Made by a program: the position numbers and the translations under genes. The notes under the pieces were generated by a model. It had not been told where the DNA came from. It did not search any database and saw only the letters and a program-made list of their open reading frames with translations. 64,000 nucleotides of DNA from Abditibacterium sp. (GTDB lineage: Bacteria; Armatimonadota; Abditibacteriia; Abditibacteriales; Abditibacteriaceae), in the NCBI GenBank assembly GCA_965246885.1, contig OZ251992.1:2336001-2400000 (forward strand), given 5' to 3'. Positions within the stretch are counted from its first letter, which is position 1. Each line of letters starts with the position of its first letter. This document shows, piece after piece, positions 57,970 to 64,000 of this stretch.

Positions 57970-58083
57970 CCGGTACAATTCTTTGGAAGAATTAGCTAAC
58001 TGCCCAGAGAATTAACTAATCTCTTTGAAGAATTATATACGCCAAGCGGTGGCGCATGTCATTCCTCGGAAAAATTGTACCGG
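57970..58083. other. AT-rich element bounded by imperfect inverted repeats
   Basis: CCGGTACAATT (57970) / AATTGTACCGG (58073); internal AGAATTA at 57988, 58008, 58029. Confidence 0.6.
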
Positions 58084-58108
58084 TAGCCGTTTCGCGCAGG
58101 TTGCTCTT

Positions 58109-61100
58109 TTACTTCAACACCAAATTCCTCACCTCATACCACGCGCCCTGCGGGTTGCCGTCGAAGCCCTGCCAGCGATACGGGTCGCCGTCCAGGGCGC
58201 CGATGCGAACTTCATCCACTCTTGCGCCGCGCGGCAGGGCGGCGCCGAGGTCGAACGACATCGGTGTCCAGCCGTCGTGCGGGGTGCCGCGCGTCATCTT
58301 ACCCAAAGAGGGGTACTGTGCATCGGGGAGTTGGGGCGGCGACATTTCCATGAGGTGCCAGTCGTCGCCGACTCGAATGTAGGCGTCCACATGGGTATCC
58401 TTGCTCGCGCGCCAGTCGAACGACAAGCGAGAAGTAGGGGTTAGGGCTTGGTTCATCGCAGTGGTAGACGCAAATAGGCCGCCCGCGATTTGGTTTTCGA
58501 CGCGCCAGCCCTCCTTCGCAGGCGTGGTCAAAGTGGACGTCTCGTCGTTATCAACGCCAGTGAGGGACTCCGTCCCACTCTGGTTGGGTGCGGCGGCGCG
58601 CGGGGCGGTGTCGCGCAGAGTCGGGGGCGTGGACAAGCCGCCCATGCGCTCCGCTTCGATTTTGGCGCGGGCGATCATGATGGTGGAGTTGAGCGTCCAC
58701 AAACACACCCGCCCGCCATCCTTCCAGCCCGCGACGGGGTGCGGGTCGAAGTATTCGCACATCGGCTCTTGGTTGACCAACAGGGACACGAGGACACCGC
58801 TTTGCCCATTGCGCACGGCGCCCTTGGCACTCGCGCGGACGTACACCCAAGTGCGGTGCCAGTTGGGGTTGCGGTTGATAACGTCGTGGAACCACGCACC
58901 ATCGCTTGTGTTTTCGGCGACGAGTTGCCCGTCGCGCCGTATCTGGGTGCGGGTGTTGTCGTGTCCGGCGACGAGAAAGGAGTAGCCCGAAGCGGGGTTT
59001 TGGCCGTCGCCGCAAAGAGTCACGTTGAGGTCGCCGGGGTGCGAGTAGCCCGGTTCTTTGGGCAAGTCCATCTGGGGGTGCGCGTAGTACTGCGCCACGA
59101 CATCGCCGCCGTAGGTGCGCTTTGTCCACAAGCGCGGTTGCCGACCGGTGCCGCCAAAGAACGACCAGTCGCCGTAACACGGCCAGCGCGAGAACACGCT
59201 CCACTTGCCCGACGGCGCGTAGAAGTCAATGGGCGCGTCGGAGAAGGTAAAGTCGTCGCGGTTGGCGCTCCACAGGTTAAGCTCGCTCGTTTGGAGGCGG
59301 AAGCCGTCGGAGCGATAGCCCAAAGCTTGGTCATCAGGGGGAATGAGCGGAACCGAGAAGAGAACCTTCCCACCGCCGCGAAGCGTGAGCAACCCATCGC
59401 TCCAATGGAGTGACAGCGCCGTGTTGCCGTCGTCGTGGGCGACCAAGTCCGCGACTTTGCTTTGCGCGCTCGCCAACGGTTTGCCGCCGCGCGCCAGCGT
59501 CCATGTGACAAGGGTGCCGTCGCCGCTGACTTCGCCGCGCAGAACGAGGCCGGATTTGAAATCGTCGCGGCGCGCCCACAGCGCCCACTCGACGGTGCCG
59601 CGCCAATTGGAGCGCCAAGGGCAGTCGAGCGACCACGCTCCGAACAGTTCGGCAGTGTTCCAAAACTGCAAGCCGTCTTTGTCGGGCGTGGCGGGCCATT
59701 CGCCCACCGACGAGGCCCAGCCAAGCATAAAGCCGTCGCCCGCGAAGCGCGAAGCGACTTTGGGCGGATCGGGAGCAGGGGGAAAGTAGATGACCGCATC
59801 AGAAAAGCGCGCTTCGCCGCCAACGGCGCGTAGCCCGAACTGCCCCGCCGTCGCTAACGGCATCGCAACAAGCGCGCGACCCGATGAACCGAGCGAGAAC
59901 GCGCCGCCCGCGACGCTCACACTCAGCCTCTTGCTCGCGGCAGGAGCGCCAAACGGCGCGCTCGCTTCGACGTGCTCCGTCCCGTTCTGGACGCGCACGG
60001 CTTGGATTTTTCCTTTGAAGGGCACCGACGCGCCAATTCCGGCCCACCGGATGAGGGCGTAGTTCTTGGCATCGCGCCAGCCCGCGACGACGGCGCCGGA
60101 GGAAGTCGCCGTCCAAGGCGTCGAGAGAAGGGTGCGGTAGTTGTCCCAGTCGGGGCGCCCGGTCAGGAGGGTCGCGCCGCGCGTGTTGGCCGAAGCGGAA
60201 GCGCCCGCCAACGCCCAACCCTCGCCGCTCCACGCGCCGCCCGACGTGAAGGCGGCGCGCAGGAAATCGTAGGAGCGAACGTGGACATCGTCCCACAGCG
60301 CGGGCGCATCCTTGGAAAGCAAAGCGATTTTGCCTTGCCCAAGCGCCGAAGTTGGCGCGCGTAGGACGGGGGCGCCGTCAAGCAAACCCTCAACGTTGCC
60401 GGGAGAGGTGCGTAGCCCGATTTGCACCCATTGACGCGGCACGAAGCCGCTGACGGCGCTCGCCAAAACGGTGGTTTTTCCGCCGCGCACAAGCACTAAC
60501 TCGCGCTTGCCTTGGCCGCCGTTCGTGTTGGGGGATAAGCGAAAAGCGAGGTAGTTGGAAGCGTCCAGCAGGTCGGCGGCAATACCGATGGAAGCGCCTT
60601 CTTCGGGTCGCACTGCAACGCGGGCATCGTAATCGTTCCAGAAGGGGCGTCCGGCGCTCGCCACGCTCCACGACGGCGAAGCGTCGGACGCGAACGCGAA
60701 GGGGTTGGCGCTCATGTCAGCGTTGCGGGCCGACACTTTTTTGGAGGCCGCCGATAGACTCCACGTGCCGCTCAGCTTGTCCCAACCCAAGTCGCCGCCA
60801 TCGCCCGCGCGGGTGAAGTCGTCATCGAAATGCACCGGCTCGACGGGTTGCAAGCGCGGCTCGTTCACCTTCCATGCTCCCGTTGTGCGAATGCCGATTT
60901 TGCCGTTTGTCCAAGTAGCGTCGAAAGCGCGCAAGACGACCGCGCCATCCACAAGAAGGTTCATTCCGAACGGGCGGCGCTGCAAAGTGACCCGACTGAC
61001 ACTTTTCCACGCGACGGGGGTGGCGCTGAGAGGGCGGGCGTGGCCGTTTGTCACAACAGAGAACCGCGCGGCGCGGGGGGCGGCATCGAGGGCGTAAAAG

Positions 61101-61285
61101 TTGCCGTCGTCTTGGCGGTCGAATTCGATGTGAGCGCCACCAGCGCCGTTGGCTTGAAGCGAGAAATCAACGTCGCAGGAGGGTTCGGCGTCATCGTCTA
61201 AAAGTGTGAGTGTGGGAGAGGGGATGGCGCAAGCGGGCAGGCACAAGCCCAAAGCGCACAAGAGCAGGGGTAAGGGGCGCAACAT
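58109..61285 (-). CDS. Large secreted protein with several concanavalin/DUF1080-like beta-sandwich domains
   Basis: Signal peptide; repeats such as FDDDF..W..LSGTW, GKIAL..WDDVHV. Confidence 0.7.
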   Translation of the reverse strand: MLRPLPLLLCALGLCLPACAIPSPTLTLLDDDAEPSCDVDFSLQANGAGGAHIEFDRQDDGNFYALDAAPRAARFSVVTNGHARPLSATPVAWKSVSRVTLQRRPFGMNLLVDGAVVLRAFDATWTNGKIGIRTTGAWKVNEPRLQPVEPVHFDDDFTRAGDGGDLGWDKLSGTWSLSAASKKVSARNADMSANPFAFASDASPSWSVASAGRPFWNDYDARVAVRPEEGASIGIAADLLDASNYLAFRLSPNTNGGQGKRELVLVRGGKTTVLASAVSGFVPRQWVQIGLRTSPGNVEGLLDGAPVLRAPTSALGQGKIALLSKDAPALWDDVHVRSYDFLRAAFTSGGAWSGEGWALAGASASANTRGATLLTGRPDWDNYRTLLSTPWTATSSGAVVAGWRDAKNYALIRWAGIGASVPFKGKIQAVRVQNGTEHVEASAPFGAPAASKRLSVSVAGGAFSLGSSGRALVAMPLATAGQFGLRAVGGEARFSDAVIYFPPAPDPPKVASRFAGDGFMLGWASSVGEWPATPDKDGLQFWNTAELFGAWSLDCPWRSNWRGTVEWALWARRDDFKSGLVLRGEVSGDGTLVTWTLARGGKPLASAQSKVADLVAHDDGNTALSLHWSDGLLTLRGGGKVLFSVPLIPPDDQALGYRSDGFRLQTSELNLWSANRDDFTFSDAPIDFYAPSGKWSVFSRWPCYGDWSFFGGTGRQPRLWTKRTYGGDVVAQYYAHPQMDLPKEPGYSHPGDLNVTLCGDGQNPASGYSFLVAGHDNTRTQIRRDGQLVAENTSDGAWFHDVINRNPNWHRTWVYVRASAKGAVRNGQSGVLVSLLVNQEPMCEYFDPHPVAGWKDGGRVCLWTLNSTIMIARAKIEAERMGGLSTPPTLRDTAPRAAAPNQSGTESLTGVDNDETSTLTTPAKEGWRVENQIAGGLFASTTAMNQALTPTSRLSFDWRASKDTHVDAYIRVGDDWHLMEMSPPQLPDAQYPSLGKMTRGTPHDGWTPMSFDLGAALPRGARVDEVRIGALDGDPYRWQGFDGNPQGAWYEVRNLVLK

Positions 61286-61351
61286 AAGGAGGAAATTGGC
61301 CCCGTTCCAGACACCGGAAATAAGCGCAGGTTACGCGGAATTGCGGCAAGT

Positions 61352-61367
61352 GGGCGAGAAGGTTGCA
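61352..61367 (+). promoter_or_regulatory. Candidate sigma-54 -24/-12 promoter upstream of pilB
   Basis: GGGCGAGAAGGTTGCA: GG-N10-GC spacing with TTGCA; imperfect -24 box. Confidence 0.3.
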
Positions 61368-61532
61368 TTGGAACTCCATTGATGAGCAAAGCGTCCGGCT
61401 GCTATTCGCTCACCTCCTGTATGCTTGTTGCCCGCACTTATTTTTGTTCTTCTCCTTTCTGACGGTTAAAATAAAGGGCTGTTTGCGCCGATTACGGCGC
61501 CTGACCCCAACACGGACAACTTCGAGGTTTCT

Positions 61533-63416
61533 ATGGCGCTTTCCAATAATTCGTCTGTCGCCGCGCCCGGTGCGCGCCCACAGACCATCGCCCACGCCCT
61601 GCACAACGCCAAGGTCATCACGCAGGAGCAGGGCAAAGACGCGATGCAACGCTCGCGCGGTCAGGCTTCGGCTTTGCCGGGCATTTTCAAAGAGATGGGC
61701 GTGCCCGAAGTGGACATCACGCAAGCGCAAGCCAGCGTGCTGGGCGTGCCGTTCGTTGACCTCCAAAAAGAGCCGCCGTCCGAGGACGCCAAGAACCTCA
61801 TCCCCGACGAGTTGCAAACGCGCCTCAAAGCGACAGGGCTTCGCATTGACGGCGATACGCTTGTTGTGGCCCTCGACAACCCCAAAGACTTTCAAGCGGT
61901 GGACGACCTCGGCGTGCGCACGCGCATGAAAATTCGCCCGGTGATGGCGCCGCGCTCCCAGTTGGAAGCGTTCCGCAAAGGGGTAACTGGCGGCGGTCTG
62001 ATCGTGCCCGGCGCCAACGGCACGCATGGAACCAATGGCACGCCCCTTCCGCACGAGGAAGCGACCATCAACCTCGACGACGAAGTGATAGCCGACGAAG
62101 GCGTGCGCGAGATGCTCGAAGACCTCAAGCCGGTCGAGACCCTCGTTGATCCCAAAGCCAAGAAGAAAGAGGAGCCGAAAGAGCGCGAGGATACCGGCAC
62201 CACCGAAGTGGCGCCGCAAAGCACAAGCGAAGAGGGGCTGGTGGACGAAGCGCCCATCATCCGTATCGTGAACACCGTGCTCCTCTACGCCCTGCGCGAC
62301 GGCGCATCGGACATCCATATCGAGCCGCAGCAAAAAGGCGTGCGCATCCGCTACCGCATTGACGGTGTGCTCCATGAGCAGATGAAAATCCCCCAGTACG
62401 TGCTCAACCCGCTCATCTCGCGCATCAAGATCATGAGCGAAATGAACATCGCCGAGCGCCGGATTCCGCAGGACGGACGCATCAAGCTGACGATGCAGGG
62501 AAAAGAGTACGACATGCGCGTCAATACGTGCCCTTCCATGTATGGTGAGAAGATCGTCATGCGAGTGCTGGACAAGTCGTCGGTGATGCTGGGGTTGGAC
62601 AAGATTGGCTTGTATCCCGAAATGCAAGCGCAGTTGCTGGACATCTGCAACCAGCCCAACGGCATGCTTTATATTGCGGGGCCGACCGGTTCGGGGAAGA
62701 CGACCTCGCTGTATTCGCTACTCAACATCGTCTCGACGGTGGAAAAGAACGTGTCTACAGTGGAAGACCCGGTGGAGTATCAGTTGGCGGGCATCACGCA
62801 AGTGCAGGTCAACCGCAAAGCCGGTCTTACCTTCGCGTCGGCGCTACGCGCGTTCTTGCGGCAAGACCCGGACATCATCATGGTCGGGGAGATACGCGAC
62901 TTGGAAACGGCGGAAATCGCGGTGCAAGCCTCACTCACGGGCCACTTTGTGTTGTCCACCATTCACACGAATGATGCGCCCTCGGTGCCGACGCGCTTAG
63001 CGGACATGGGCGTGGAACCGTTTCTAATTTCGGCTTCGCTTACGGGTGCACTTGCCCAGCGTTTGGCGCGGCGTATTTGCACTAACTGCAAGGAAGAGTA
63101 TGTTCCGCAACGCGAGGTGTTGCTTCGCTTTGGCTTTGACCCGCTCAAGAACCCCGATCAGAAATTCTGGCGTGGGCGCGGCTGCGACAACTGCAAACAG
63201 ACCGGCTATAAGGGACGAATGGGGGTGTACGAACTGATGCGCATCAACGAGGAAATCGCGGAACTGGTGGTGCGGCGCGCGACGGTGGCAGAGATTAAGG
63301 AAGCGGCGCGCGCGGCGGGCATGGTGACTCTCCAAGAAGACGCCTTTCGGCGCTGCAAAGACGGTTTTACCACCGTCGAGGAAGTGATGCGCGTGGTATT
63401 TACCGGTGGTCACTAA
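61533..63416 (+). CDS. pilB: Type IV pilus / type II secretion assembly ATPase (PilB/GspE)
   Basis: ASDIHIEP, ERRIPQDG, GPTGSGKTT, EDPVEY, LRQDPD, GEIRD, CTNC..CDNC. Confidence 0.93.
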   Translation: MALSNNSSVAAPGARPQTIAHALHNAKVITQEQGKDAMQRSRGQASALPGIFKEMGVPEVDITQAQASVLGVPFVDLQKEPPSEDAKNLIPDELQTRLKATGLRIDGDTLVVALDNPKDFQAVDDLGVRTRMKIRPVMAPRSQLEAFRKGVTGGGLIVPGANGTHGTNGTPLPHEEATINLDDEVIADEGVREMLEDLKPVETLVDPKAKKKEEPKEREDTGTTEVAPQSTSEEGLVDEAPIIRIVNTVLLYALRDGASDIHIEPQQKGVRIRYRIDGVLHEQMKIPQYVLNPLISRIKIMSEMNIAERRIPQDGRIKLTMQGKEYDMRVNTCPSMYGEKIVMRVLDKSSVMLGLDKIGLYPEMQAQLLDICNQPNGMLYIAGPTGSGKTTSLYSLLNIVSTVEKNVSTVEDPVEYQLAGITQVQVNRKAGLTFASALRAFLRQDPDIIMVGEIRDLETAEIAVQASLTGHFVLSTIHTNDAPSVPTRLADMGVEPFLISASLTGALAQRLARRICTNCKEEYVPQREVLLRFGFDPLKNPDQKFWRGRGCDNCKQTGYKGRMGVYELMRINEEIAELVVRRATVAEIKEAARAAGMVTLQEDAFRRCKDGFTTVEEVMRVVFTGGH

Positions 63417-63443
63417 ACCTGCCGGGGGTTGGAGGTGTTAATC

Positions 63444-63974
63444 ATGAACCGTTTTTTCTGGGGCGTTTTGGGGTTGCAACCTGCGCGCGTAGCCGACATC
63501 GAAGCGGCGTGCGGGCCATTCGATCCCGACAAGCAACCGATGGGGGCGGGCGGCATGTTGGGGCCAAGCGCCTTTGGGTTGCTCGATCCCACCCGCGAGA
63601 TGGTCAAAACCCAGCAATGGGTGGAAGACCTGCGCGCTCAGGAACCGGTCGAGCGCATTGTCAACACATTGCTCCTGTCCGCCATCAAGGGCGGAGCGCA
63701 ACGTTTGACCATCGAGCCGGACGCTTTGGGGGTGCGCGTGCTGCACACGGTTGGCACGTTGGAACGGGAGCATTTGCACCTGCCGACGACGACGCTGGAG
63801 CCGATGCTGGAACGGTTGCGTCGCATGGCGAAGTTTTCGGCGAACGCGCGCCAAGGCTCCTTTCGCTTGGAAGTGGACTCGCACCGCTTCCTGCTGCATG
63901 TCGGTTTCGAGCGCACGGCGTGGGGCGAGCGCGTTGAGATCGCCTTCGCTTCTTCACCGGGCGCGGCGGCGTAA
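63444..63974 (+). CDS. Hypothetical protein resembling the PilB/GspE N2 domain, without ATPase domain
   Basis: GGAGGTG RBS; PVERIVNTLLLSAIKGGAQRLTIEP vs PilB PIIRIVNTVLLYALRDGASDIHIEP. Confidence 0.7.
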   Translation: MNRFFWGVLGLQPARVADIEAACGPFDPDKQPMGAGGMLGPSAFGLLDPTREMVKTQQWVEDLRAQEPVERIVNTLLLSAIKGGAQRLTIEPDALGVRVLHTVGTLEREHLHLPTTTLEPMLERLRRMAKFSANARQGSFRLEVDSHRFLLHVGFERTAWGERVEIAFASSPGAAA

Positions 63975-64000
63975 ACTAAGTTATAAGTTTCAGGCACGCA

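Noticed and set aside
63975..64000. Possible sigma-54 -24 box (AGGCACG) at the window end
   Set aside because: The -12 element would lie outside the window, so it cannot be assessed.

Overview
High-GC bacterial chromosome segment, densely coding. I found no rRNA, tRNA, CRISPR array, prophage or transposase. The gene style suggests Armatimonadota/Abditibacteriota (DUF1559/H-X9-DG prepilin, copper-amine-oxidase N-terminal protein, Zn-ribbon RpoN); this is inference only. Housekeeping genes: hemC, sucA, gltX, modAB, ispH, trpS, rluB, rpoN, nusB, accC, proA, aroK, lon, folK, panD, folP, pilB. Most unusual items: (1) a ~10.8 kb minus-strand gene run with a 1711-aa M28-like pseudopeptidase/FtsX-permease fusion, an OPT-like transporter, two Zn-ribbon membrane paralogs and an AccB-like protein lacking the biotinyl-lysine, punctuated by heptamer-repeat hairpins; (2) dispersed intergenic arrays with a GTCTG core at exact 21-bp phasing; (3) a SWIM-finger/uracil-DNA glycosylase fusion; (4) an RlaP-like nucleotidyltransferase, GNAT-macrodomain and PARG-like cluster around folP; (5) a TIGR03662/TIGR03663-like membrane glycosyltransferase pair; (6) a REC-thioredoxin-reductase plus cNMP histidine kinase pair. 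All family calls come from motif recognition by eye; no searches were run.
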